DNA of 44,557 bases from an uncultured Mycoplasmatota bacterium (GTDB lineage: Bacteria; Bacillota_I; Bacilli_A; RF39; UBA660), in the NCBI GenBank assembly GCA_900554615.1, contig USIB01000002.1:1-44557 (forward strand), given 5' to 3'. A program made the position numbers and the translations under genes. Each line of letters opens with the position of its first letter. Positions within the stretch are counted from its first letter, which is position 1. Below the pieces are notes generated by a model. It saw nothing but the letters and a program-made list of their open reading frames with translations, was not told the DNA's origin and searched no databases. Positions 7,886-17,396 of the stretch are shown in pieces.

Positions 7886-8767
7886 TTAATTATTCCTATA
7901 AAATCCCATTAAATGTAAAATAATATCTATATTTACTGATTTTATTTTAATTTCTAATTTATTTATTTCCATATCTATTAATTTTTTTAATTCTAAACTT
8001 TTTTCTTCATCTAATAAAACTTGCATAGATTTCATAATCATATATAAATTTGTTGAATTATTTTTATTTATATAATTCTTATCAATATCTTTAAATGTTA
8101 ATAAAAATTTGCTATGAAACGAAAATAATCTATCATTATGAGCACATATATTTCTAATCATTGTCATATTCTTCATAATTTGTTTTAGTAATTTATCAGA
8201 TATTTTAAATTCTTTGCTTATCATTTGTCTATCTGATTGCTTTAGCATAGTATATAATCTACTTAATTCACCAAGTGTTAATATTTTTGTTAATACAAAT
8301 GGCGGAACAAACCCATATTCATTAATATAATGAGTCAATGCTTCATGTTTACCATTTTGTTTTTCTATTTCTTCTTTTATTTTTTCTATTGACTCCTCAA
8401 TAATAGAATTATTAACACTATTATCAAAGTTATCTACCACTAAATAATTTTGTATACCATACTTTTCTGATATAGTTTCTGCTAATAGAGATTTAATAAT
8501 AGTTTCAATATCAAGAATATATTTTAAAAATATAAATCTAATATTTTTATCAAATTCATATAAAGCATATATTTCATCAAAGGATACATTCTTTTTATAA
8601 TTATTATCAACAGTCTTAAAAACATCTTTATAACTATTTATAATTGAATAATAAGAATATTTTTTAATTTTATTTATTGTATCTTCTTTATTAGAAATAA
8701 TTACCCCTTTAGTAATCAAATATTCCACTAATTCATTTGGATTTTTATATTGTTTCAAGATTATCAC
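7886..8767 (-). CDS. Abi_2 family abortive-infection protein (AbiD/AbiF-like)
   Basis: 293 aa. LYEFDKNIRFIFLKYILDIETIIKS and IRNICAHNDRLF match the FD..LR...iE and RN.cAH motifs of the Abi_2 family. Confidence 0.8.
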   Translation of the reverse strand: MIILKQYKNPNELVEYLITKGVIISNKEDTINKIKKYSYYSIINSYKDVFKTVDNNYKKNVSFDEIYALYEFDKNIRFIFLKYILDIETIIKSLLAETISEKYGIQNYLVVDNFDNSVNNSIIEESIEKIKEEIEKQNGKHEALTHYINEYGFVPPFVLTKILTLGELSRLYTMLKQSDRQMISKEFKISDKLLKQIMKNMTMIRNICAHNDRLFSFHSKFLLTFKDIDKNYINKNNSTNLYMIMKSMQVLLDEEKSLELKKLIDMEINKLEIKIKSVNIDIILHLMGFYRNN

Positions 8768-8781
8768 TTCCTTAAAATAAA

Positions 8782-8820
8782 ACGACTCAGGGCTTCAAAA
8801 GTTTCCTGAGTACCAATCGA
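8782..8820. repeat. 39-nt direct repeat, right copy, flanking the Abi gene
   Basis: ACGACTCAGGGCTTCAAAAGTTTCCTGAGTACCAATCGA. It translates to TTQGFKSFLS, resembling the FTEQGVAMLS segment of ORF6N proteins. Confidence 0.85.
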
Positions 8821-9000
8821 CATAAATATACCATATTTACTATCAATAGTCAATACTTTTGGCTTAATTTTTTAAACATGGTATATCAACTAATTTATAT
8901 TTAATTTTTTTTAAAGATTTAGGTAATAAATGTTTTGCTATTACTAAGATAGTAGAGGATAATATATTAAAAGAATTATTAGATAAACTTTAAAAATATT

Positions 9001-9065
9001 ATGATGAAGACTAGAATAGGCTTCATCATACCACGGAAGACTTATTTTATATAAGGCTGAAGGGG
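9001..9065. repeat. Tandem double-hairpin intergenic repeat, copy E2
   Basis: ATGATGAAGACT-agaat-AGGCTTCATCAT, then CCACGGAAGACTTAT..ATAAGGCTGAAGGGG. It lies 21 nt past the PBP stop codon. Confidence 0.8.
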
Positions 9066-9086
9066 CAAAAGAAAAAAAGAGCATTA

Positions 9087-11255
9087 TTACTCTTTATTTA
9101 AATCAAAAAACTTATTTACTACTTTAGCAGATATTCTTTTTGTAACAGCGGACTGACTAGAGTTTGGTACACTTACATCAGGAGAAACTACTACGATACT
9201 CATCTTAGGATTTTCACTAGGTGAATAGCCGACAAATGATGAAGTTATTGTCTCAGTATCTACTTTTCCATCTTCATTTGTATCAATAAAACTTTGACTT
9301 GTTCCTGTTTTTCCTGCTGATAAAGTATAATTTCCCATATATCCATATCCTAGTCCATATTGTACTACACTACTAAAGCCTTCTCTTACTCTATTTATGT
9401 ATTTTTCTTCTACTGACAGACTACTTATTACTTTTGTTTCTGCCTTATATGTTAATGAGCCTAACTTATCCCCTGTCTCACTTGCATTATATACTTCTTT
9501 TAATAAGTATGGCTTTAATCTCTTTCCACCATTGGCTATGGTATTTATATATTGTGATAATTGTATTGGTGTATATGTATCATACTGACCTATTGAGAAG
9601 TCTAATAAATGTCCTGGTAGTTTACTTGTTCCCATGTATCCTAAACTTTCTACAGGAAGGTCTATTCCTGTTTTTATTCCAAGTCCAAACTCAGCATACA
9701 TATCTCTATATTTTTTAAAGGCATTGCTATCTAAAGATAGACTTTTATTGTACTCATATGTTCCTTTACCTACTTTGATAGCTATCTTATATTGATATAC
9801 ATTTGATGAATATGCTAAAGCATATATGTCGTCGATATCTCCCATTGTTCTCCATGAACATTTCTCTGGTGTATCTTTTATCTTCAGACATTCATCATAT
9901 ATATGACTTCCTATATCAATAGCACCATATTTATACCCTACCATCATTGAGGCTCCTTTTACTACTGAGCCTGGTGTTACGGGAAGGGTTACGATTCCTG
10001 GAGTATAGTCTACAATATACTTTGAGCCATCTTTTTCTAATACTTGCTTTCCGCTCATTGCTAGTATCTCTCCTGTATTTGGGTCCGCTACTACGGCAAA
10101 AGAACGGTTGTAGTAGTCTGTTCCAGCTTCGCCTTTGGCATTATATACTTCTTCGGATAGTACTTCTTCTAGGTACTTTTGAAGATTTATATCTATTGTT
10201 AGGACTATATCGCTTCCTCTTTTTCCTTCACTTACTAATTCATAACTATTATCTGATAATAGTCTATACTTGGCTTTTGTTCCTTTTAGATAGTCTTCAT
10301 ATTGATATTCTAAATATGATATTCCTACTCTATCATCTAGGGAGTATCCTTTCTTTAAATAGACTTCTGCTAGTTCTGATGGTATTCCTTGACTATTTGA
10401 TGAGACACTTCCTAATATACTCTTGAATGTATCTCCATATGGATATACTCTTTCCCAATCTAACTTGGTATTAAAGCCTTTTAGGTTATCTATATTTTCA
10501 CTTATATAAGCATATTCTTCTTCAGTTACTTCTTTATTTTTTATTACTTTTTCGGCATATGAGTAACCTCTATTCATTAAGTAATAGATGTATGCGGCTT
10601 TTTTATCTCTCTCGGTATATTCTTTTATTTCTTCTTCTAGTCTTTCATAGATAAGTTTTTCTATATCTTTATCACTTAGTTTTCTCTTTTTGTATTGGTC
10701 CCACTCTTCTTCGGTTATCTTGCCCTGACATTCTTTATAATGGCCTTTGTAATAGAAGGTCTTTAGTCTATCGGTAGTAACACGAGAATAGTCTATATCT
10801 ATATTGTCTCCTACTACATAGGCTAATTCTATTTCTTCTTTTGCTGTTATATTCTTTTCTTTTTTATAATATATTGTCTTTACGGCTTCGTTGTCGACTA
10901 GTAGATTATAATTTCTATCATATATTCTTCCTCTTGGTACACTTGATGATTCTACTGTTTTTTCAGTAGACATTGCTAACTTTTCTTTATAGTAGTCTTC
11001 TTTTATTACTTGAAGATAGAATACTCTTCCTAATATTATGATATATAGTATTATTACTACTATGAAAAGGATACTATATCTTTTATCTACTATTTCGATT
11101 AATGTTCTTTTGTCTTCTTTTTTGGTTTTGTTTATTGGTTTATTTTTCTTCTTTATTTCTTTTGTATATTTCTTTTTATTTGGTTTATTTATCTTTCTTT
11201 TCACTAATATCCCTCTATTCATTATTATTATATCATATTTATTATAATTATACAT
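9087..11255 (-). CDS. Penicillin-binding protein 2 type transpeptidase (PBP2B/SpoVD-like)
   Basis: N-terminal TM helix. SxxK (GSVVKG), SxN (YSSNVY) and KTG (GKTGTSQ) motifs occur in the expected order. The exact start is uncertain (ATG at 11255 or 11222). Confidence 0.9.
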   Translation of the reverse strand: MYNYNKYDIIIMNRGILVKRKINKPNKKKYTKEIKKKNKPINKTKKEDKRTLIEIVDKRYSILFIVVIILYIIILGRVFYLQVIKEDYYKEKLAMSTEKTVESSSVPRGRIYDRNYNLLVDNEAVKTIYYKKEKNITAKEEIELAYVVGDNIDIDYSRVTTDRLKTFYYKGHYKECQGKITEEEWDQYKKRKLSDKDIEKLIYERLEEEIKEYTERDKKAAYIYYLMNRGYSYAEKVIKNKEVTEEEYAYISENIDNLKGFNTKLDWERVYPYGDTFKSILGSVSSNSQGIPSELAEVYLKKGYSLDDRVGISYLEYQYEDYLKGTKAKYRLLSDNSYELVSEGKRGSDIVLTIDINLQKYLEEVLSEEVYNAKGEAGTDYYNRSFAVVADPNTGEILAMSGKQVLEKDGSKYIVDYTPGIVTLPVTPGSVVKGASMMVGYKYGAIDIGSHIYDECLKIKDTPEKCSWRTMGDIDDIYALAYSSNVYQYKIAIKVGKGTYEYNKSLSLDSNAFKKYRDMYAEFGLGIKTGIDLPVESLGYMGTSKLPGHLLDFSIGQYDTYTPIQLSQYINTIANGGKRLKPYLLKEVYNASETGDKLGSLTYKAETKVISSLSVEEKYINRVREGFSSVVQYGLGYGYMGNYTLSAGKTGTSQSFIDTNEDGKVDTETITSSFVGYSPSENPKMSIVVVSPDVSVPNSSQSAVTKRISAKVVNKFFDLNKE

Positions 11256-11274
11256 ATAGTTAAGTGGGTGATTT

Positions 11275-11556
11275 ATGAATATTTATTTTATTGGTGAATA
11301 TGTAAATAGACTTAGGAGAAGTGATATTGTTTATTATGCTGAAAAACAGGGTATTTATTTAGATAAAGATGAAGTTGATATTATCTTTGACTATATTAAG
11401 AATGACTATAAGACTATTATCTATGGTAATCCTAAGGATATTCTAGAAGAGATTAAGTTTAAGGTTAAACCTCTTACTTATAATAAGATTGAGAATCTAT
11501 ATATTAAGTTTAAGGATAGAATTGATACATTTACTAAGAATATAAGAGAAAGTTAG
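11275..11556 (+). CDS. DUF2624/YqfT-like small protein
   Basis: 93 aa with SD GTGGGTGA. It lies next to nfo, as yqfT lies next to yqfS in B. subtilis. The family assignment is from memory only. Confidence 0.45.
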   Translation: MNIYFIGEYVNRLRRSDIVYYAEKQGIYLDKDEVDIIFDYIKNDYKTIIYGNPKDILEEIKFKVKPLTYNKIENLYIKFKDRIDTFTKNIRES

Positions 11557-11619
11557 TTAGTGGCTTCCTCTTATTTTTTATATTTCTAAACTATTATTCT
11601 ACTATTATCTTCTGATATG

Positions 11620-12531
11620 TCAATTATTTCTTATTTTATTTATTAATTCTTTATCAAACTCTTTATTTTTTATCATTTCTATTTCATATTTATATGGTGG
11701 ATATATCTTTTCTTTAGAATTATCTTCTTTTGTTACATATGGGGTTTCTAGTATTTTTGGTACTTCTTCTAATCTTTTATTATAAATAATATTAATTAAA
11801 TTATCAAAGCCTATTGTTCCAAATCCGATATTCTCATGTCTATCTTTATGGCTATTTATATTGTTTTTACTATCATTTATATGTATACATTTTATTTTAT
11901 TTACTCCTACTAAGTTATCAAATGTATCTAATAGTTTATTAAAATCTACTAAGTCATATCCTGCGTCATTTAAATGACAGGTATCTAGACAAACTCCTAT
12001 TTTATCTTGATATTTTACTTTATCTATTATTTGTTTTAATTCTTCAAATGTCTTTCCTACTTCATTTCCTTTTCCTGCCATTGTTTCAAGTAAAATTGTT
12101 ACATCATAATCGTTATCTAGTATTAGATTTAAACCTTTACTTATATTACTTATAGCGTCTTCTCTTGTTGTATTGACTGCAGATCCTGGGTGTAATACTA
12201 GATATTTTACTCCTAATGTATGACATCTTTCTACTTCATTTATTAGAAATGATACAGAGAAATCAAAGTTATTAAAATTGGCTAAGTTTACTATATATGG
12301 TGCATGTACTATTACTTTTTCTAAGTCGATATTATTTTCTTTCATTAATTTATATGCTTCCATAGTAAGAGCATCTTCTATTTGTCCTCTATTTGTGTTT
12401 TGTGGGGCTCCTGTATAGAACATAAATGTATTTGCATTATAACTAAGTGCTTCTTTTACACTCCCAAGTAATTGGGTATCATTCTTATATGATACATGGC
12501 TTCCTATTATTAATTTCATATTATTTATCAC
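11620..12531 (-). CDS. nfo: Endonuclease IV
   Basis: 303 aa. HAPYIVNLA, LVLHPGS, LETMAGKG, CLDTCH and HINDSK metal-ligand motifs of the Nfo TIM barrel. Confidence 0.9.
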   Translation of the reverse strand: MINNMKLIIGSHVSYKNDTQLLGSVKEALSYNANTFMFYTGAPQNTNRGQIEDALTMEAYKLMKENNIDLEKVIVHAPYIVNLANFNNFDFSVSFLINEVERCHTLGVKYLVLHPGSAVNTTREDAISNISKGLNLILDNDYDVTILLETMAGKGNEVGKTFEELKQIIDKVKYQDKIGVCLDTCHLNDAGYDLVDFNKLLDTFDNLVGVNKIKCIHINDSKNNINSHKDRHENIGFGTIGFDNLINIIYNKRLEEVPKILETPYVTKEDNSKEKIYPPYKYEIEMIKNKEFDKELINKIRNN

Positions 12532-12587
12532 TTCCTTATATATTTATTATACTATATTTTATTTTAAATATAAAGTATTTTATTTAT

Positions 12588-12652
12588 CACTCTAAGCCTT
12601 AATGTCTTAGAGTGTTAGTTTAAGCCAATATATTTTTATTGTCTTAAACTAA
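12588..12652. repeat. Tandem double-hairpin intergenic repeat, copy E5 (opposite orientation: AGCC..GTCT on + strand)
   Basis: CACTCTAAGCC-ttaat-GTCTTAGAGTG, then TTAGTTTAAGCC-14 nt-GTCTTAAACTAA. Confidence 0.85.
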
Positions 12653-12705
12653 TATATCAGCCATATCTACTTTATAGAAGCATATACTATATACTAAAAT
12701 TGAGT

Positions 12706-12732
12706 ATAATAAAAAGAGGATTACTCCTCTTT
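12706..12732 (-). terminator. Intrinsic terminator of the pilin-like gene
   Basis: AAAGAGGA-ttac-TCCTCTTT, followed on the minus strand by TTTTTATTAT. Confidence 0.7.
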
Positions 12733-12764
12733 AGTATTTGTTATTTAGATATATCTTTTTAAGA

Positions 12765-13325
12765 TTAAGATGCTGATATAGCAGCTCTATCACCGTTTGA
12801 CGCAGTGCTTATTGCATAAACAGTGTATCCAGATACTTGGAACTTACCGCCATTCTTAGAAACTAGAATAACCTCTGCTCCACCAGTACCACTATTTTTT
12901 AATCTAATTGCAGAACAATCTGTTTTTTTAATAGTGTATTTACCATCTTGACCTACTGTTGGTACAGTAGTAGCATTAGCAGTTCCGTCAAAACCCGTAG
13001 CAAGAGCAACATCTGTTTCTTTTAATTCTAAAACATCAGCAAGTGATTTTGTATTATCTGTAGTTTTAATACTATTTATACATTTCCAAGTTCCATCTGC
13101 TGGTGCAACTGCTCCATTTAATACACCTGGACTAAGCAATTCTTGTGCAGCTGCTGTATTATAACTATTTGCAGCCTCTCCTGCTAAGTTCCAGATACTT
13201 TGTACTCTAGCATCTGCTATTGTTTTGATAATTGTAGGTACTGTTACTACAACAATAATTGCAAGTATTACGATAACTGCAAGTAATTCTATTAAAGTAA
13301 AACCTTTCTTATTTAATTTTTTCAT
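12765..13325 (-). CDS. Prepilin-type N-terminal cleavage/methylation domain protein (type IV pilin / pseudopilin-like)
   Basis: MKKLNKKG|FTLIELLAVIVILAIIVVV class III signal. SD GAGGAGGAAG precedes the ATG at 13325. The body is Ala/Gly/Thr-rich and visibly more GC-rich than its neighbours. Confidence 0.8.
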   Translation of the reverse strand: MKKLNKKGFTLIELLAVIVILAIIVVVTVPTIIKTIADARVQSIWNLAGEAANSYNTAAAQELLSPGVLNGAVAPADGTWKCINSIKTTDNTKSLADVLELKETDVALATGFDGTANATTVPTVGQDGKYTIKKTDCSAIRLKNSGTGGAEVILVSKNGGKFQVSGYTVYAISTASNGDRAAISAS

Positions 13326-13376
13326 TTTCTTTCTTCCTCCTCTATTCATAAGATAATATTATCATAAAATTACTTA

Positions 13377-13931
13377 TTAGTCAATTACTTTACAATAAAT
13401 ATTTACATATTTATCACTATATTTTTTTGTCTTTATTAATTTTAAATTGTTATAAGTATCAGATAATTTATCTAAACTATATTCTATAACTAATAATCCA
13501 TTATCATATAATAAATCATATTTACTTATAAGTTCTATTACTTCATTTGCTACTTTCATTTTATAGGGGGCGTCTACTAGAATTATATTAAACTTTATAT
13601 TATTATCTTTAAAGTATTTTAATGAATCTTTATAATCTTTATTTATTACTATACTTTTATCTTTTATATTTAAATTATCTATATTTTTATTTAGATATTT
13701 TAGTATTTCTTTTCCATTATCTACAAAATAACATTTATCTGCTCCCATAGATATTGCTTCTATTCCAAGACTTCCTGTACCTGAAAATAAATCTAATGCA
13801 GTAGAAGACTCTATATAGTTTTGGATACTTGCAAACATTGATTCTTTTACTCTATCCATTGTAGGCCTAGTACCTGGTGTATTATAGCCTAGTATATTTC
13901 TACCTTTTAAATAACCACTTATTACTCTCAT
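13377..13931 (-). CDS. rsmD: 16S rRNA (guanine966-N2)-methyltransferase
   Basis: 184 aa. RPTMDRVKE, SAM motif DLFSGTGSLGIEAIS and DAPY. Confidence 0.85.
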   Translation of the reverse strand: MRVISGYLKGRNILGYNTPGTRPTMDRVKESMFASIQNYIESSTALDLFSGTGSLGIEAISMGADKCYFVDNGKEILKYLNKNIDNLNIKDKSIVINKDYKDSLKYFKDNNIKFNIILVDAPYKMKVANEVIELISKYDLLYDNGLLVIEYSLDKLSDTYNNLKLIKTKKYSDKYVNIYCKVID

Positions 13932-14224
13932 TTTTTACAACCTCTTACTTCTGTATACTCTTTATATCTTTTATTTATATCCATAATATAATAAAAGAGT
14001 TTATTATAATATTTCATATATTCTTTATATTCTTCGTAACTATTTATTTTTAATTTAAGAGATATTTTTTCATAATCATCATCTGTTTTATGATACTTCA
14101 TAATAAGTTCTAATAAGGTTTTATTATCTAATACTTTTTGTTTATTATAATCTAGATTTTTTATTAAATCACTATTTTCAAAAGTATTTATTAGTTCCTT
14201 AGTTTTTTCTATTACATTATCCAT
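13928..14224 (-). CDS. Small helical protein, possibly YlbF/YheA (UPF0342)-like
   Basis: 98 aa, translationally coupled on both sides. Its position upstream of rsmD resembles the ylbF-ylbH neighbourhood. Sequence similarity was judged only by eye. Confidence 0.35.
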   Translation of the reverse strand: MDNVIEKTKELINTFENSDLIKNLDYNKQKVLDNKTLLELIMKYHKTDDDYEKISLKLKINSYEEYKEYMKYYNKLFYYIMDINKRYKEYTEVRGCKK

Positions 14225-14670
14225 TATCTATACTTTAAACTCTTTTCCATTTCTCTTTTTATATCTCTTTCTTTTATAGTTTCTTTTTTATTATAATTCT
14301 TTTTACCTTTAGCAAGTCCTAATTGTACTTTTGCTTTATTCTTTACGAAATATATTTTTAATGGTATTATTGTATATCCATCTTTTTCTAGTTTATCTCT
14401 TAGTTTTAGTATTTCTCTTTTATGTAGTAATAATTTTCTTGTTCTATCTTCTTCATGATTAAATATATTTCCTTCTTTATATTGAGAAATATGGGTATTT
14501 AATAAATATATTTCATTATTTCTAATAATAGCATAACTATCTTTAATATTTACTTTTCCTTCTCTTATAGATTTTATTTCTGTACCAGTTAGTACAATAC
14601 CGGCTTCATAAGTATCCTCAATTTCATAGTCATATCTTGCTTTTCTATTTAGTATTTCCATTTGTATCAC
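14224..14670 (-). CDS. smpB: SsrA-binding protein
   Basis: 148 aa. NRKARYDYEIEDTYEAGIVLTGTEIKS and the basic C-terminal tail are typical of SmpB. Confidence 0.9.
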   Translation of the reverse strand: MIQMEILNRKARYDYEIEDTYEAGIVLTGTEIKSIREGKVNIKDSYAIIRNNEIYLLNTHISQYKEGNIFNHEEDRTRKLLLHKREILKLRDKLEKDGYTIIPLKIYFVKNKAKVQLGLAKGKKNYNKKETIKERDIKREMEKSLKYR

Positions 14671-16018
14671 CTTTTTCTATTTCATTTTTTGCTTTTAAAT
14701 ATCTTTTGATTAAAAAAGTCAAAAAGTATGGAAATGTATAGAACTTACCATTAAATCCTATATTCTTATTACAAAGTTTAATACCGTATTTTATATCGCT
14801 ATATTTTTTATCATCTATCAAGTTATTAAGTGAGATTGTACTATTATCATTTGCTTTTACTTCTATTGGGATTAAGGAGTTCCAATCTCTTACAAAGAAA
14901 TCCATTTCTACTGTTCCTTTTTCATTTTTATAAAAGAAGAGAGAATAACCTGATTTTACTAACATATCTCCTACTACATTTTCATATATTGCTCCTTTAT
15001 ATGTATTAAAGTTTTCATTTTTTCTTAAATCATCTTGGGCTTCATCATCTAATGAGGCTATTAATAATCCTGTATCTCTAAAATAGATTCTATAATTATC
15101 TGGATTATAATTTCCTTTTAGAGGTAAATTAGGACTCTCTAGGCAGTAACAGATATTTATGATACTAGCATTATTAAGCCAATCAACAGTTCCTATATAT
15201 TCTCTACTTCTAGCACCTGACTCAACTTTAGATATTTGGAACTTTTTATTTTCGTTTCCAAGAAAAACTGGTATCTTATTATATACGTTTAATATTTTGG
15301 CTTGGTCTAAGCCAGAGGCATATTTTGTTATATCTTCTTTATAATCTAATAATATTTGTTTTTGCATATTAAGTATTCCACTAAAGTTTTTATTTTTTAT
15401 AAATGTATTAACAATCGCAGGCATTCCTCCTAAAATCATATATTCTTTAAAGTTTTTTGACATTACATCATATTGTATTTTAGTAAGAGGCTCACATTTT
15501 AACATACAATTAAATAAATCATCTATCTGTTCTTCACTATAGCCTTTAGCCCAAAGAAACTCTTCAAAATCCATTGAATACATTTCATAGTCTTGCTTAT
15601 TTCCTACACTATTAGATTCTATTTTTGCGTAATTAATTCCCATCATAGAGCCAGAGCAGATTACATCATACCTTTTATCAAGATTAAATGATTTTAATGA
15701 AGTGGCACAATTAATGCAATCTTGTAATTCATCAAAGAATATTAATGTTTTGCCTGGAACAAACTTAAAATCATTATTAATTAATGATATATTTTTTATA
15801 ATTGTATCTACTTTAAAACCATTATCAAATATTCCCTTATACTCTGATTCTAATGCAAAGTTTATTTCTACTATATTCTCATAATTATTGCGAGCAAAGT
15901 TTTCTATTGCATCTGTTTTTCCTACTTGTCTAGCACCTTTTACTATTAGTGGTAACTTGTTTTCACTATTTTTCCATTCTATTAAAAAATCATCAATTTT
16001 TCTTCTTAATCTTGTCAT
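14645..16018 (-). CDS. AAA-family ATPase with DUF4143-type C-terminal domain (COG1373-like)
   Basis: Walker A GARQVGKT, Walker B IFFDELQ, C-terminal YENVVGDML...VEMDFF...IPIEVKA. It overlaps the smpB start by 26 nt. Confidence 0.75.
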   Translation of the reverse strand: MTRLRRKIDDFLIEWKNSENKLPLIVKGARQVGKTDAIENFARNNYENIVEINFALESEYKGIFDNGFKVDTIIKNISLINNDFKFVPGKTLIFFDELQDCINCATSLKSFNLDKRYDVICSGSMMGINYAKIESNSVGNKQDYEMYSMDFEEFLWAKGYSEEQIDDLFNCMLKCEPLTKIQYDVMSKNFKEYMILGGMPAIVNTFIKNKNFSGILNMQKQILLDYKEDITKYASGLDQAKILNVYNKIPVFLGNENKKFQISKVESGARSREYIGTVDWLNNASIINICYCLESPNLPLKGNYNPDNYRIYFRDTGLLIASLDDEAQDDLRKNENFNTYKGAIYENVVGDMLVKSGYSLFFYKNEKGTVEMDFFVRDWNSLIPIEVKANDNSTISLNNLIDDKKYSDIKYGIKLCNKNIGFNGKFYTFPYFLTFLIKRYLKAKNEIEKGDTNGNTK

Positions 16019-16039
16019 TTTTTCATCTCCTATTACATT

Positions 16040-16118
16040 TTATCACATTTTTCCGACTTTTTTCAATAGATTTATCACATTTTTCCAACTTTTTTTTGCT
16101 TATTTATCACATTTTTCC
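16040..16118 (-). promoter_or_regulatory. Three direct repeats TTATCACATTTTTCC at exact 32-bp spacing upstream of the ATPase gene
   Basis: Copies at 16040, 16072 and 16104. The minus strand reads GGAAAAATGTGATAA, and each copy carries a TGTGATAAA extended -10-like core. The proximal copy is preceded by TTGAAA at about 16-17 nt. Confidence 0.7.
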
Positions 16119-16125
16119 ATTTATT

Positions 16126-17325
16126 TTAATTTATACTATTTACTTCTATAGTATTATCCATATTCTTAATAACACTAGCATACTTATTATATACTCTTTC
16201 ATAATCACTAAGATATGTTTTTATATCTGGATTAGAAAGTGGTATTACTTTATAATTTTTATTATTCTTAGAGTATGTATATATTAGTTCATTAGTTTGA
16301 TTACTTAATTTTATACTTGTATTATTATCTTTATCAATATGTTTTGTTATTTTTACTGTACTAAGTAGTCCTACTGTAGTATTATAATCAATATTAGTTT
16401 CTTGAGCTGAAAGGAAATTACCTAAAGAATATACTACTAAAGTATCATTTATATATGTAACTGGCATTACTACGTGTGGATGTGTTCCTATTATAATATC
16501 TACTTTCTCTTCTGATAAAAAGGAAGCCATATCTAATTGATAATTTGTTGGAATATGGGTATATTCTACTCCCCAGTGCATTGCTACGATTAATACATCT
16601 ACTTTATCTCTTACTCTTTTTATATCTTCTTTTACTTTTTCTTTATATTCTTGATACTTAGTATCTGATTCTAAATTATTTCCAGTACAAGGCCATACAT
16701 TTACTAAATATTCTTTTCCTTCTGGTACTTTAATTCCATTTGTTCCATAAGTATAATTTAACATTGTATAAGTTATATTATTTACTTCTTTTATTCTTAC
16801 TTTATCTCTTTCTTCAAAAGATAAATAGCTTCCTACCGCTAAGACAGATGGGTGCTCATTCCAATAATTTACTGAGTTTGTTATTGCTTTTTCTCCTCTA
16901 TCTAGAGTATGATTAGTGGCTAGACTTACTAAATTAAATCCTGCATCTATCATAGCGTCTCCTACTTCATATGGTGAATTAAATGAAGGATAACTAGATA
17001 GTCCTATTTCCTCTCCTCCTAGTATTGTCTCTTGATTATAGTAGGCTATATCATATTCTTTTACTATATCTTTTATATATGTTAAAGCAGGTTTAAAATC
17101 ATAACCATTACTTGTTTTCATTGCATTATATAATCTATCATGTACTAATAAATCTCCAACCATAACTAAACTTGCACTATATTCTTTTGGTTTTTCTTCT
17201 TCCTTTACTTCTATCTTATTATTACTACTTGATAATTTATTATATCCATAGTGGAAACCTGCAATTGCTACTAGCAATAGTAGTACTATTATTACTATTT
17301 TATTCTTTTTCTTTCTTCTTCTCAT
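16126..17325 (-). CDS. CapA/PGA_cap family metallophosphoesterase-like membrane protein
   Basis: N-terminal TM helix. MVGDLLVHD, ATNHTLDRG, HWGVEY, GTHPHV and GNF motifs. Confidence 0.8.
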   Translation of the reverse strand: MRRRKKKNKIVIIVLLLLVAIAGFHYGYNKLSSSNNKIEVKEEEKPKEYSASLVMVGDLLVHDRLYNAMKTSNGYDFKPALTYIKDIVKEYDIAYYNQETILGGEEIGLSSYPSFNSPYEVGDAMIDAGFNLVSLATNHTLDRGEKAITNSVNYWNEHPSVLAVGSYLSFEERDKVRIKEVNNITYTMLNYTYGTNGIKVPEGKEYLVNVWPCTGNNLESDTKYQEYKEKVKEDIKRVRDKVDVLIVAMHWGVEYTHIPTNYQLDMASFLSEEKVDIIIGTHPHVVMPVTYINDTLVVYSLGNFLSAQETNIDYNTTVGLLSTVKITKHIDKDNNTSIKLSNQTNELIYTYSKNNKNYKVIPLSNPDIKTYLSDYERVYNKYASVIKNMDNTIEVNSIN

Positions 17326-17396
17326 TATATACCTCTTATTCCTACTGAAAGATTTTTCACTATTTGGTAAAATCTTTCACTACAGCCATATTGTTT

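Noticed and set aside
8918-8992. The plus-strand frame KDLGNKCFAITKIVEDNILKELLDKL* might be the C-terminal end of the disrupted ORF6N gene.
   Set aside because: It has no recognisable motif and no continuity of frame with the upstream remnant, so I cannot support it.
13900-14224. Expected a tmRNA (ssrA) gene directly downstream of smpB.
   Set aside because: smpB is immediately followed (1-nt overlap) by a coding gene, and no tRNA-like 3' end (GGTTCGA..CCACCA) was seen nearby.
16040-16118. Regularly spaced repeats that might suggest a CRISPR array.
   Set aside because: There are only three 15-nt AT-rich repeats with 17-nt, partly similar spacers, no cas genes, and the position fits a promoter/operator instead.
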